NCBI GenBank assembly: GCA_963752595.1
Contig: CAVVYZ010000017.1
Span: forward strand, 275,055 to 339,054
Length of the DNA: 64,000 nt
Direction of reading: 5' to 3'
DNA from: an uncultured delta proteobacterium
Lineage (GTDB): Bacteria > Desulfobacterota > Desulfomonilia > UBA1062
Of this stretch, positions 8,782-19,305 are shown piece by piece. The position numbers were made by a program, and so were the translations under genes. The notes below the pieces were generated by a model. That model had not been told where the DNA came from and ran no database searches. It saw only the letters and a program-made list of their open reading frames with translations. Every line of letters starts with the position of its first letter. Position 1 is the stretch's first letter.

Positions 8782-9735
8782 ATGCACCACCTGCCGAAAG
8801 ACGCGCTCATCATGGCGCCCATGGTCGATTTGAGCCATGTGGCGTACCGGCAGCTCATTCGTTCGATCGGCGGGTGCGATCTCTTCTATTCCGAGATGCT
8901 CAACTCCCGGATCGTGCCCGCTGAAAGCCCGGAAACCTCCATCTACCTGAAGTGGGCGGTCAAAGACGACCTCATCTTGCAGATCCTCGGGAACGAACCG
9001 GAAAAAATGGAGGAGGCGGCCTCCAAGCTCGACGGCTACGATCCATGGGGCATCGACATCAATATGGGGTGCTGGCTGAACAAGGTTACGGTCCACGGCT
9101 GGGGGGCTGCACTCATGAAGGATATGGAGGCTGCCCGCACAGTCCTGGCTGCTGTCCGCAGGGCAGTGAAAAGCAGGCCCGTATCCGTGAAGATGCGGAT
9201 CGGATATACCCCTGACAAAGGATATCTGCTGGACTTTGCCTCCATGATCCAGGAGGGCGGAGCCGATTTTATCGTGCTCCACGCCCGGACCGTGCCTGAA
9301 GGGATGAACCGAAAGGCGAGATGGGACTATATCGGAGCAGTCAAGGATCACCTCTCGATACCGGTGGTGGGAAATGGTGATATCAGGACACCCCGGGATG
9401 CCGTCTCCATGGTGCGGCAGACTGGATGCGACGGGGTAATGATCGGCAGGCAGGCAGTGATACGGCCCTGGATCTTCCGGGATGTTAAGGCCCTTGCAGC
9501 AGGTGGTCCCATCGAGGATCCGCCCGATCTCAAAAATGTCATGCTCAAGCTCCTCGATCTCCTCATGGAGTATTTCCCTCCCGACGTAGCCCTGAAGAGA
9601 TTCAAGACAGCCGTATTCTGGCTGGGCGAGAATCTCACGTTCGGTCACTATCTCAGCAAGCAAGTAGGAAGAGCCCGCGATACGGTACAAGCCCGTGAGG
9701 TCATAACAGCCTGTTTTGAAAAAGGTATCTCTTGA
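8782..9735 (+). CDS. tRNA-dihydrouridine synthase family protein
   Basis: MAPM, IDINMGC, GAALM, VSVKMRIG, LHART, VGNGDI, GVMIGR. Confidence 0.88.
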   Translation: MHHLPKDALIMAPMVDLSHVAYRQLIRSIGGCDLFYSEMLNSRIVPAESPETSIYLKWAVKDDLILQILGNEPEKMEEAASKLDGYDPWGIDINMGCWLNKVTVHGWGAALMKDMEAARTVLAAVRRAVKSRPVSVKMRIGYTPDKGYLLDFASMIQEGGADFIVLHARTVPEGMNRKARWDYIGAVKDHLSIPVVGNGDIRTPRDAVSMVRQTGCDGVMIGRQAVIRPWIFRDVKALAAGGPIEDPPDLKNVMLKLLDLLMEYFPPDVALKRFKTAVFWLGENLTFGHYLSKQVGRARDTVQAREVITACFEKGIS

Positions 9736-9835
9736 ATCGCCTTGCGCTTTTCCTTGTGAGCCGGTATTATATCGTTAGATTGGATTATTTTCATCACATG
9801 AGCAAATTCAGTACATTCACGGCAAGGAGAGGGAA

Positions 9836-11044
9836 ATGAAACAGATAGAGCTTATGAAAGAACTCCATGAAGTTTCGGATAAGAAAATCATTATGCTTGT
9901 TCTTGACGGCCTCGGCGGGATTCAGAACGCAACTGGCCTCACCGAGCTCGAGGCTGCCCGTACGCCGAATATGGACAGCTTAAGCAGGGAGTCGATCCTT
10001 GGTCTTTCAACACCTATCGCTCCTGGAATAACTCCGGGAAGCGGCCCGGGCCACCTGGGTCTTTTCGGATACGACCCACTGGAATACCAGATCGGCAGAG
10101 GTGTGCTCGAAGCACTGGGAATCGGACTCTCTCTCAAACCCACGTGCCTTGCCGCCAGGGGAAATTTCTGCTCGATAGACCCTGCAACCGGAGTCATTAC
10201 CGACCGAAGGGCAGGCAGAATACCTACGGAAAAATGTGCGGAGCTGGTTGAAAAGCTCTCTGTCATCAAGTTAGAGGGAGTGAATATCACGATCCGACCT
10301 GTGAAAGATTACCGGTTTGCCCTTATTCTCGATGCCGAAGGGCTCGCAGACGGCCTTACCGAGACAGACCCCCAGAGGGTCGGAGCAAAGCCGTTAAAGG
10401 TCGAGCCCTTGAGGCCCGAGGCGAAAAAGAGCGCAGACCTTTTCAATCAATGGATCGACAAGGCCTTCGAGATCCTCAAATCCGAGCATCCGGCTAACGG
10501 TTGCACCCTGCGGGGTATTGCAAAAGACCCCGGCCTGCCCACCTATGCCGAGATATACGGGCTCAAATCCTGTGCCATAGCCACGTATCCCATGTATAAG
10601 GGCCTTGCCAGGCTCGTCGGCATGGACGTGCTCGATGCGGGAGATACCATAGCTTCGGAAATTCATACCCTGAAAAAGAGCTGGGGCACGTATGATTTCT
10701 TCTTCTTCCATGTGAAGAAGACCGACTCTGCAGGCGAGGATGGAAACTTCGATGCCAAGGTAAAGGTCATCGAAGAAACCGATGCAACCATTCCGGATAT
10801 CATGGCGCTGAACCCCGACGTCCTCATCATCACCGGTGATCACTCCACGCCTTCGGCCATGAAATCCCATTCCTGGCACGAATTGCCGGTCCTTTTGTAT
10901 GCGAAGAAGAACCTCCGCAGGGATACGGTCACAACCTTCGGCGAAACTGCATGCATACAGGGAGGCCTCGGGCATATCAGGCATGTGGACCTCATGCCCC
11001 TGGCCATGGCCCATGCAAACAAGCTCACCAAGTACGGGGCTTAA
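9836..11044 (+). CDS. apgM: 2,3-bisphosphoglycerate-independent phosphoglycerate mutase (archaeal-type)
   Basis: VLDGLGG, LEAARTPNMD, PGSGPGHLGLFGYDP, ITDRRAGRI, HVKKTD, ITGDHSTP. Confidence 0.92.
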   Translation: MKQIELMKELHEVSDKKIIMLVLDGLGGIQNATGLTELEAARTPNMDSLSRESILGLSTPIAPGITPGSGPGHLGLFGYDPLEYQIGRGVLEALGIGLSLKPTCLAARGNFCSIDPATGVITDRRAGRIPTEKCAELVEKLSVIKLEGVNITIRPVKDYRFALILDAEGLADGLTETDPQRVGAKPLKVEPLRPEAKKSADLFNQWIDKAFEILKSEHPANGCTLRGIAKDPGLPTYAEIYGLKSCAIATYPMYKGLARLVGMDVLDAGDTIASEIHTLKKSWGTYDFFFFHVKKTDSAGEDGNFDAKVKVIEETDATIPDIMALNPDVLIITGDHSTPSAMKSHSWHELPVLLYAKKNLRRDTVTTFGETACIQGGLGHIRHVDLMPLAMAHANKLTKYGA

Positions 11045-11079
11045 CAGGCGGAGTCAAGCGCGAAGAGAGGTGGAAGGCA

Positions 11080-12177
11080 TTGAGCTCGAAGAAAGTAGTT
11101 GTAATCCTTTTCGGAGGAGTATCCACAGAGCACGACGTGTCGGTGGTATCTGCCCGTTCGGTGGCCCGTTCCCTTGACCGGGAACGGTTCGACCCTGTTT
11201 TCGTTGCCATCGACAAGCAAGGTTCCTGGTATCTGGGAGAAGGTGCCTTTGATTTTCTGGAGACAGGGAATAACCATGATGTCGGCCGGGTATTACTCTC
11301 GACCGACCCCCAGCGTCCGGGCTTTCTCTCTCTGGAGAGCGGTAAAATGATCGAAGTCGATGCGGTCTTCCCGGTTCTTCACGGGCCGAGGGGAGAGGAC
11401 GGTACCATGCAGGGCCTGCTGGAAATCTCCGGCCTTCCTTATGTGGGATGCGATACCATGTCTTCCGCTATTGCCATGGACAAGGATATGACCAAGCGGG
11501 TGCTTGCCCAGCGCGGCCTCCCCGTAGTGAAGGGTGTATGCGTGAATAAGTGGATGTGGGAGACGGACAGGGAGGAGGTGCTGGACGAGATCGCCGAGAC
11601 CTTGCAGTTCCCCCTCTTCATAAAGCCGGCTACCATGGGGTCGAGCATCGGGATCACCAAGGCACAGACGGTCGAAGAGATGATCAAGGGTGTCGATTCT
11701 GCGTTCGATTTTTCCATCAAAGTCGTCATCGAGATGTCGATCGAGAAACCCAGGGAAATAGAGGTCGCTGTGCTCGGGAACAACGAACCCAGGGCTTCCA
11801 TCCCCGGCGAGATCATCCCGTGCAACGAGTATTATGATTTCAACGCCAAGTACAGGGACAGCTCAGAGCTCATCATCCCGGCGAGCTTGAACAAATCCCT
11901 GGTCGACGATATTCAGTTCAGCGCGGTCGAGGCCTTTGTCGCCATAGGCGGAGCCGGCATGGCCAGGGTTGATTTTCTGGTGTCCGGTGACGGCTACTTC
12001 GTGAATGAGATCAATACGATACCCGGCTTCACGAGTGTCTCGATGTATCCGAAACTCTGGGAGGCGAGCGGCATCCCGTATCCCGCGCTCATCACCAACC
12101 TCCTCGAGTTGGCATTTAAGCGCCATGGAGAGCAGAACGCCCTGACGAAGACCGTCAAGCTGGAGATGGGGGTCTGA
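11080..12177 (+). CDS. ddl: D-alanine--D-alanine ligase
   Basis: FGGVSTEHDVS, LHGPRGEDGTMQG, GSSIG, YDFNAKY, NEINTIPGFT. Start placed at TTG 11080. Confidence 0.95.
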   Translation: MSSKKVVVILFGGVSTEHDVSVVSARSVARSLDRERFDPVFVAIDKQGSWYLGEGAFDFLETGNNHDVGRVLLSTDPQRPGFLSLESGKMIEVDAVFPVLHGPRGEDGTMQGLLEISGLPYVGCDTMSSAIAMDKDMTKRVLAQRGLPVVKGVCVNKWMWETDREEVLDEIAETLQFPLFIKPATMGSSIGITKAQTVEEMIKGVDSAFDFSIKVVIEMSIEKPREIEVAVLGNNEPRASIPGEIIPCNEYYDFNAKYRDSSELIIPASLNKSLVDDIQFSAVEAFVAIGGAGMARVDFLVSGDGYFVNEINTIPGFTSVSMYPKLWEASGIPYPALITNLLELAFKRHGEQNALTKTVKLEMGV

Positions 12178-12288
12178 ACAAGATCTTATCTTTGCCCCAT
12201 GGATCCCTCTCTTTGAATGAGCGCTCCCGCACGAGACGGACCGCTACGGGCAGAGATCACGGGTGTGAAGGTTCCCTGATAAGGGCCG

Positions 12289-12636
12289 CTATATTTCGTT
12301 TGGTACCGTCCCATCCGGATGGGAATCGGAGGGTATGACTCCGGACGGGCTTCCGTTTCCTTCTCCTACCGCGCTAGGTGCCCGGCCCTCATCCGCTGGA
12401 GTAGACAGGGCAAGGGCGAATCCCAGGACAAAACCAATGGCCCCGCCTACGAGGATCGGTGTGGCTGTCGAGCTGGTCGAGAATGCTGCGACAGCGGCGC
12501 CTGCGATCATTCCGATGCTTGCACCGAGAAGAGGCGTCGTAATCAAACTGCCTGCTTTTGAATAGCCTGCATATGATGAGCAGGGAAGGCCGATCAGGGA
12601 AATGCAGATACACAGTGATATGATGATCCTTTTCAT
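12289..12636 (-). CDS. Small exported/membrane protein, glycine-zipper-like
   Basis: SD GGAGG, signal peptide MKRIIISLCIC..., two Gly/Ala-rich hydrophobic segments. Confidence 0.6.
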   Translation of the reverse strand: MKRIIISLCICISLIGLPCSSYAGYSKAGSLITTPLLGASIGMIAGAAVAAFSTSSTATPILVGGAIGFVLGFALALSTPADEGRAPSAVGEGNGSPSGVIPSDSHPDGTVPNEI

Positions 12637-12857
12637 CTCTCTTACCTCCGGGCCTGAATACGAACAGGCAGAACTCGTAATAGTCAAGTCATCAGTAAAG
12701 ATGGAAAACAAAGGATGCTCTATATAGGGTTATAGAAAATATACCGGTGAAGTCAAATTTCCAGGCACGGCGGAATAACCTTAAAGTGGGTGATGCAAAG
12801 GGAACGGATCACCCACTGCGATAAGGTTTTCTTCCTTGAAAGAGGATCAAGGGCTTT

Positions 12858-13187
12858 TTATTTAAGCGGGACATTGACCAGCAGGCCGTAAACACGCTCC
12901 CGTTTGCCGTCGTTCGGTTCGGTGTAACTGTACAGCATGGGCCTGATCTCGTAGACACCGAAGCCGACCCCGAGGAGGAGCCCGATGCTCGCACCCTGGG
13001 TAACCCGCCGCAGGTGATCGCCGGGGTGGTCCATGAAGGCGAGCGTTGCAGTGCCGGCTAATGCGCCTATACCTGCCCCGACCAAGGAATCCCAGAGCAC
13101 TACATCGAGCGACGATTCTGCAAAGGACTTGCAGGGAAGGATGAATAAGGCCAGGATAAGCGTCACGGAGACAAGTATTTTCTTCAT
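12858..13187 (-). CDS. Small membrane protein with signal peptide, glycine-zipper-like
   Basis: MKKILVSVTL...SFA signal, GAGIGALAG and GASIGLLLGVGFG helices; overlaps the tkt stop (coupled). Confidence 0.7.
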   Translation of the reverse strand: MKKILVSVTLILALFILPCKSFAESSLDVVLWDSLVGAGIGALAGTATLAFMDHPGDHLRRVTQGASIGLLLGVGFGVYEIRPMLYSYTEPNDGKRERVYGLLVNVPLK

Positions 13188-15058
13188 ATCGAATCTTTTA
13201 ACCTCCCTTGAATGTGGTGTACAAGATCTTCCGGGTTTAGCTCAAAGCATCTCATGCAAGAGTCCGAGGGTCCGGAAGGTGGAAATCCTTTAATGCCCAT
13301 GGGGGTAAGATCTACGGCGATAGAGTTCGTCGCTGCAATGAAGGCTATCTGGGATGCGAGGCCGGATACCATAAGATGATCTTCTACTACAAAAACAGGG
13401 CCCCGTGAAGCAGCATCCCGAACCTCTTTTGCTTCTAAGGCAAAGGGACATGAAATGCCTACCACCTCGATATCTATTCCTTTTGCCTGCAGGTGCTCCC
13501 AGGTTTTGACAGCCTGCGCGCTCATCGCTCCGAGGGCGAACAGGGTTGCTTTTGCGCCGGGGCGCAGGTGATGTGCTTTGCCGTAGAGGAAGCCTTCGCT
13601 GAAATATTCATGGCCTTCTCTGTCTGTCAGCACAGGGGTCTTGGACCTGCCGACGCCGATCATGACGTTGCCCGGAGTGCTGAAGGCCCACCGCACCGCC
13701 AGATCTGCCTCGTTCGGGTCCAGCGGAATCACCACAGAGAAGTTGGCTAAATTCCTGAGCAGGCCGAGGTAGTCGATGCACTGGTGGGTCTTTCCGTCTT
13801 CTCCCACGTCTATGCCCAAGTGGGTGCAGAATAGGTTCAGGTTTGCCTCGTTGATGGCATTGAGCCTCTGCTGGTTATAGGTTTCATCGACACCGAACAT
13901 CCCGAAGTCGGCAAAGACGCTCACCACCTCCTGCGTGGAAGCGGCTCCTGCCATGGTCGCCGTATGGTGCTCAGAGATCCCTGCCTGGAAGAAATTATCC
14001 GGGAACTCCCTGGCAAAGGCATCGGTTTTCACGGAGCCGGCAAGGTCGCAGTCAAAGACGGCAAACGGCACTTCCCTATTTTCCTTTGCCATATCAAGCA
14101 GCGCGTTTCCGAGGGCGGACCGGTTGTCCGTGAAGATCTCCTTGCCGTATGCCCTGGGTTTTCCCTGCGAGAGGATGGGGAACGGCCAGCGCTTCTTGGA
14201 GATATTCTCGCTCACGGGTTCTTTCCTTAAATTTGCCAATTCCTCTATCGGCCACTGAAGGTCGATCTCCGGCAACGCCTTCTCCATCTCCGCCTTGTTC
14301 AGTGGCCTGCCGTGGAAGTCGGCTTTGTTCTCCATGAAACTCACACCCTTGCCCATAACCGTGTGGGCGATGATTACATAGGGGGACTGCCTGTCGTCAG
14401 CTGCCTTCTTTAAGGACTCATGGATCTCTCTGAAATCGTGTCCGTTCACGTCGAGGACGACAAAGCCTGCAGATTCATATTCTTTCCGGAGATCCTGCGG
14501 CATGACCTTGTGCCTGCTGCCCGATATCTGGAGTTCGTTATTGTCGATAATGACCGTGATGTTGGTGAGGCCGTATTTGCGGATGAAGCGTTTCGCTTCC
14601 GCGATCTGCCCTTTCTGCTGCTCGCCGTCTCCCATGACGACATAGCAGTTCATCGGCGTGTTCTTTACCCTGGCCGCAACGGCATACCCGCAAGCTACCG
14701 AGAGACCCTGCCCGAGGTTTCCGGTTCCCCAGTGGACACCGGGGACGCCCGGCTCAACATGACCCTCGAAAATGCTCCCCACGCGCCTGAAGCCTTTGAT
14801 GACGTCTTTCGGTGAAAAGATGCCGCTCCTTGCAAGGGCCGAATAAACACCCGGAGAGGTATGCCCGTGGGATATCACCACCTTGTCCGAAATTTTATCA
14901 GTAATGTGATAGAGGAGCGTGTAGATATCAATGGAAGACATGGACCCGCCGGGATGGCCCGAACCTGCGAGATATGTCATGGCAACGATGTCTGCCCGGG
15001 ATTTTCTTGCCCTGTCTTCAAGCTCTTTGATCATTTCCAGCGTAAGTTCCTGAATCAC
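13184..15058 (-). CDS. tkt: Transketolase
   Basis: GSGHPGGSMS, SHGH, GNLGQGLS, TPP motif GDGEQQKGQ...N, GISEH, GEDGKTHQ. GTG start overlaps the glpC stop (GTGA). Confidence 0.92.
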   Translation of the reverse strand: MIQELTLEMIKELEDRARKSRADIVAMTYLAGSGHPGGSMSSIDIYTLLYHITDKISDKVVISHGHTSPGVYSALARSGIFSPKDVIKGFRRVGSIFEGHVEPGVPGVHWGTGNLGQGLSVACGYAVAARVKNTPMNCYVVMGDGEQQKGQIAEAKRFIRKYGLTNITVIIDNNELQISGSRHKVMPQDLRKEYESAGFVVLDVNGHDFREIHESLKKAADDRQSPYVIIAHTVMGKGVSFMENKADFHGRPLNKAEMEKALPEIDLQWPIEELANLRKEPVSENISKKRWPFPILSQGKPRAYGKEIFTDNRSALGNALLDMAKENREVPFAVFDCDLAGSVKTDAFAREFPDNFFQAGISEHHTATMAGAASTQEVVSVFADFGMFGVDETYNQQRLNAINEANLNLFCTHLGIDVGEDGKTHQCIDYLGLLRNLANFSVVIPLDPNEADLAVRWAFSTPGNVMIGVGRSKTPVLTDREGHEYFSEGFLYGKAHHLRPGAKATLFALGAMSAQAVKTWEHLQAKGIDIEVVGISCPFALEAKEVRDAASRGPVFVVEDHLMVSGLASQIAFIAATNSIAVDLTPMGIKGFPPSGPSDSCMRCFELNPEDLVHHIQGRLKDSI

Positions 15059-16272
15059 GATATTCTCCTTTTCAAGATGGCTTTCTTTGAAGCGCTTCCC
15101 ATGATGGATTCGATGATCACTTCCGACGGATCCAGAGCAGGCAGGCCGGTGAAATGCCCGAGCTGCATCTTGCAGGCCCCGCAATCGCTGACGAGAAAAT
15201 CCGCGTCCAGGGACTTGATGGCACTGGATGCTATTTCTCCAAGCTTCTGCGCGGTCTGCTGGTTCTTCTTCTTGAATCCGTAACTGCCCGAGAGGCCGCA
15301 GCAGTTCTCATCGAGGATATGGAAGTGCAGGCCCGGTATCTTCTCGAAGATTCCGGCAGCCGGATACCCGATGCCTAAGGCCCTCAGGTGGCAGGGGATA
15401 TGGTATGCAACATGCTTGTCCACCTCTGAAAAATCCACGGTCAGGGAGCCGTCTTCGATGCTGTCCAGGATAAACTCGTGCACGTTGTAGGTATTTTCGG
15501 CGATCTTCTTTCCTTCAGGGATATCGAGAACCTTGGGATAGTCGTGCACCAGGGTAAGTCCGCAGGAGGTGCAGGCATAGAGCACTTTGTATCCCTTATC
15601 GATGTACTCAACCAGTGTTTTGGCGTTTTCCCGTGCGAATTTCCTCGCCATGCCGAGATCGCCGTTGCCCAGGGCAGGCAGGCCGCAGCATGTCTGATGC
15701 GGCATAGCCACCCGGCAACCGAGATAGGCCAGGAGGTCACGGATCCCCCTGCCGATGTCGGGACGGTTGTAGTTAAGGTAGCACCCATGGAAAAACACCA
15801 CCTTCTTCGGCGACCTGAACCTGCCCTTTCTCCTTCGTCCCCTCCCCAGGGTCATGAAGCGGTACTCGGGCATCGGGAGATAGGTGGCAAGGCCCAGCAT
15901 CCTCAATGTCCCCTTGACGAATGACGAAGACGTCATCGCATTGGCAAGCGGGGTCGCCAGCGAGCCCAATTTCCCGAGATAATGGGTATTGGCGAAGAGA
16001 TGGGAGGCAAAGGGGCTCATATGCTCGCTGCTGTACTTGAGCTGTGCCTTGAGGATAATTTCGGAGACGTTCACCCCGTAGGGGCAGGCAACCTCGCACC
16101 GTTTGCATTGGCTGCAGAGCTTTACCCATTCGTCCACGGACCGCTCCCCGTCCATCCGGAAGCGCTGGGAATCCGGGCCGGATTGCTTCGGCCCCGGGAA
16201 TGCAGGGTTGACCTTGAACACCGGGCAATTCTCAACGCACAGGGTGCAGCGGACGCAGTGTTCGAACTTCAT
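15055..16272 (-). CDS. glpC: Anaerobic glycerol-3-phosphate dehydrogenase subunit C
   Basis: Two CxxCxxCxxxCP ferredoxin motifs, FPGPKQSGPD, two CCG domains. Confidence 0.92.
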   Translation of the reverse strand: MKFEHCVRCTLCVENCPVFKVNPAFPGPKQSGPDSQRFRMDGERSVDEWVKLCSQCKRCEVACPYGVNVSEIILKAQLKYSSEHMSPFASHLFANTHYLGKLGSLATPLANAMTSSSFVKGTLRMLGLATYLPMPEYRFMTLGRGRRRKGRFRSPKKVVFFHGCYLNYNRPDIGRGIRDLLAYLGCRVAMPHQTCCGLPALGNGDLGMARKFARENAKTLVEYIDKGYKVLYACTSCGLTLVHDYPKVLDIPEGKKIAENTYNVHEFILDSIEDGSLTVDFSEVDKHVAYHIPCHLRALGIGYPAAGIFEKIPGLHFHILDENCCGLSGSYGFKKKNQQTAQKLGEIASSAIKSLDADFLVSDCGACKMQLGHFTGLPALDPSEVIIESIMGSASKKAILKRRIS

Positions 16273-17465
16273 GACAGCCTCTTTCCGCACATTTTTGCTG
16301 CCGCAACCCCGGTTGTCATGGCGAGCCCGTGGCCGCACTGGTTCTTCATTACTTCGCTGTTGGCGATGATACTCCCGCATACAAAGAGATTTTTCAGTCT
16401 CGTTGCCTTGGGCCTGAACGCGGCATCAATCTCGATCCCTGCCTTTTCGATGGCATGGCCTGCGGTAAAGAAGTCGGTATTGAACCAGTCCTTTCTGGCA
16501 CCCGGAACAGAGACCGGGAGATTGAACACGGTCTCCCTCACTGAGTCCCTCGTGGCGTAGAGGCCGCCGCTGACGAACGAACCCGTTGCAAGGATAAAGG
16601 CCTTTCCCTGGACACGGGATGATCTGCCTGTTGTGGCAAGAGTTACGGCCTCTATTTCCTCACCCTGGCACTCGACACTTGTCACGCCTTTGCCCCAGTA
16701 GATGTGGCCTCCCTTTTCCTGCAAGGCCTTTTTCAATGCCCTAAACAGTCTCATGCCGGGGATCGAAGGGGGCAGGGTCGGGATCTCGAAGATCGTCCTG
16801 CCTATTGCGGACGATATCTTATCCATGATGGAAACCGGATTGCCGATGCCCAGCACCGCAGGAATCGCAACCTTGTCGTGGGGGATCTCCAGGCCCTGCA
16901 GCCAGGAGATGAAGGTATCCAGAAACGCGGGGTCTTCGAATTTCGTTGCAATACCCAAAGTCGTTGAAACACCGGCATCAAAGACGGAGAAGGCGGAGTT
17001 CCTGATCCTGTTGGTGATGTAGCTCGGATAGAAATCCTTGATGCCTTTGAACGAAACCACATGCAGGTATTCTTCCTCGGCCGGCTCTGCGCCTGCCATG
17101 GTGAGAGGGACGAGGCAGGTGTTTTTGGTAGTGCCGATGGGCGTGATGATCCGCCTGTTCTGCTCTTGGTCGCCCGCGTAAGGCAAGCCGGCTTGGGCGA
17201 TAATTTCGAGGAAAAAGGACAAGGCTTCGATCACGGTCTCTTTCCCGGCGAGAGAATATGGGTGCTCTTCGGGCAGTTTTGCGATCCTTTCGAAGGGATT
17301 GCCGTCCCCTGTGAAGACATCGATGCAGCCGGTAGAGAGGCAGCAGACCGGGTCTCCCTTGGAGATCAGGGCAGTCTTGAACCCTTTGCTCGAAAGGTGC
17401 AGGGATGCCATGATCCCCGAAACACCCCCGCCGATAACGACGGCATCATACTCGTGCACGCTCAT
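16269..17465 (-). CDS. glpB: Anaerobic glycerol-3-phosphate dehydrogenase subunit B
   Basis: VIGGG FAD motif, PAVLG, EIPTLPPSIPGMRL, LATGSFVSGGL. Confidence 0.92.
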   Translation of the reverse strand: MSVHEYDAVVIGGGVSGIMASLHLSSKGFKTALISKGDPVCCLSTGCIDVFTGDGNPFERIAKLPEEHPYSLAGKETVIEALSFFLEIIAQAGLPYAGDQEQNRRIITPIGTTKNTCLVPLTMAGAEPAEEEYLHVVSFKGIKDFYPSYITNRIRNSAFSVFDAGVSTTLGIATKFEDPAFLDTFISWLQGLEIPHDKVAIPAVLGIGNPVSIMDKISSAIGRTIFEIPTLPPSIPGMRLFRALKKALQEKGGHIYWGKGVTSVECQGEEIEAVTLATTGRSSRVQGKAFILATGSFVSGGLYATRDSVRETVFNLPVSVPGARKDWFNTDFFTAGHAIEKAGIEIDAAFRPKATRLKNLFVCGSIIANSEVMKNQCGHGLAMTTGVAAAKMCGKRLS

Positions 17466-18965
17466 GGCTTATGTCCCATGTTCAGTATTCCCAGATAAAT
17501 GCTCTCCACGAGCTGCTCTTCCCTGAGCTGATCACCCCAGAGTGCCGGCCGGATGCCCTTGAATCTCCGCTGGAGGAAGCTTTTAAGGATCTGGATCGAC
17601 TCCCCGGGCGTCAGTCTTCCGGTCTCCTGCATGATGCCGAGCGCCCTGTAGGTGCAGAAGCCTCCCTGGCATGGCCCCATACCGAGCCTCGTCCGGTGCT
17701 GGATATCTCCGATATACTGTATGCCTAAGGTATTGATGGCATTTTCCACGCTGTCCCTGTCCACCAGTTCGCACTCGCAGACAATGTTGTCCATTTTTTT
17801 GAGCCGCTTGGAGAGAGGATAGCCGCTCAGCTCGTCCTGCCCGTCGAGCGGAAGATCGGCGGTCTTGCAATGGGCTCTGATGCCCAATTCTTCCATAACG
17901 GCATCGACGGTTTTTTCAGCCATGAGCCGGTATGTGCTCAATTTGCCGCCCATGATGCTGTACATGCCGTTTTTATGGTCGATGATCTTAAAACCGCGGG
18001 AGATATTCCTGTTGTCGGAGTCGTCCGCCTTGAGCAGGGGCCGGACGCCGGTATAGGCCCGGATGAGGCGCGTGGTGCCGAAACGGGGGATCATCTGCTC
18101 TGCCTGGGTGGCCACGATGTCGACCTCCTTGGGATCGACCTCGACGGCATCCGGGTCGTCCACCTGGATGGAGGTGGTGCCGGCAAGGCAGACAGCCTCG
18201 TTGGGCACGATGATATCACCGTCCGAAGGAGGTCTGAGCCGGTTGATCACCATGTTGGTGAGCCGGTGATTGGAGATGATGAGGCTTCCCTTGGACAGGG
18301 TCATGGGAACCTCGCTCCCGCCCATGCGGGCGATGATGTCTCCCCATGCTCCGGATGCATTGATGATGATCTTGGCCCTGATCTCTTTTGTCTGGGAAGT
18401 GAATTTGTCCTCGAACTTTTACACCCACGCACCGGCCCTTTTCCCGGACGATTTCGACCAGCTTGTGGTGTATGAGGATTCCTCCGCCCTTTCTGCGTGA
18501 GGTGAAGGCATTGAGCATGCAGAGCCGGAACGGATCTATGGAGCAGTCCGGGACCGAGACAGCTTCCTCGATGGCAGGGTTGAGCTCCGGCACGAGATCG
18601 AGTGCCCGGGAAGGGGAAAGAATCTCGGTAGATATCCCGACCTCGACGCAGTTTTTCAAAAAACTGTCCCGGTATCTCTTTGAATCGCCGGGCAGGCGGA
18701 CAAAGAGGCCGCCCGTTATCTCGACGCATTTCCGGGCTATTTTGCGCAGTATCGAGTTTTCGCTGATGCACTCACGGGCCGCCTCGGAGTCTTTGACTAC
18801 ATAGCGGGCGCCGCTGTGCAGCAGACCGTGGCAGGCACCCGTGGCCCCGCTGGCAAAATCGCCTTTTTCAACCAGGTAATGGTGAACCCCCCGCAGGGCA
18901 AGGTCGCGTGCAATGCCGCACCCGGTAGCGCCGCCACCGATAATAATGACGTCAGTCTTGATCAT
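17462..18965 (-). CDS. glpA: Anaerobic glycerol-3-phosphate dehydrogenase subunit A, frameshifted near 18400-18420 (probably sequencing error)
   Basis: IIGGGATGCGIARDLALRG, HGLLHSGARY in the 5' frame; GVRPL, GGKLSTYRLMAE, CECE, TRLGMGPCQG in the 3' frame. Confidence 0.9.
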
Positions 18966-19305
18966 TCCTTACATTTTCCTTAAGGCCTGCAATGAAAAAA
19001 CGTGACCACCATATACAAGCTTCCACTCGCGGTCAAGAGATTGTGTTTTCAGGGATTGTCAGCCGGATGATCCCCGGCAGCCTGCTCCCTGGTTACCCCT
19101 ATATCCTCTCGCGACCCGCTTTGGGGGTGCCCACCGGAGAGGATATGGGAGAGGGGATAAAATCAAAAGAAGTTTGAATAACCCATTGCTTGCTGCGTGG
19201 TACTTCACAGGTATTACCACTGGCGAGGCTTAGAGAGAGCTTCGGATGAATCCGGCAGGGAAAAGACTGGTTATCTGAAAATGTATGGAACCGCCTCTTT
19301 AAGAG

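Noticed and set aside
8377-9690. Long antisense ORFs (this 437-aa one, 42118-43479 and others)
   Set aside because: Shadows of well-supported genes on the opposite strand in GC-rich DNA, with no recognisable motifs.
11820-11855. Ddl as a D-Ala-D-Lac (vancomycin-resistance) ligase
   Set aside because: The omega loop keeps AKY (Tyr) and no van genes are nearby.
17462-18965. glpA, acs and other split genes as true pseudogenes or programmed frameshifts
   Set aside because: Breaks are small indels, often in or near homopolymers, and differ between mirror copies; sequencing error is more likely.
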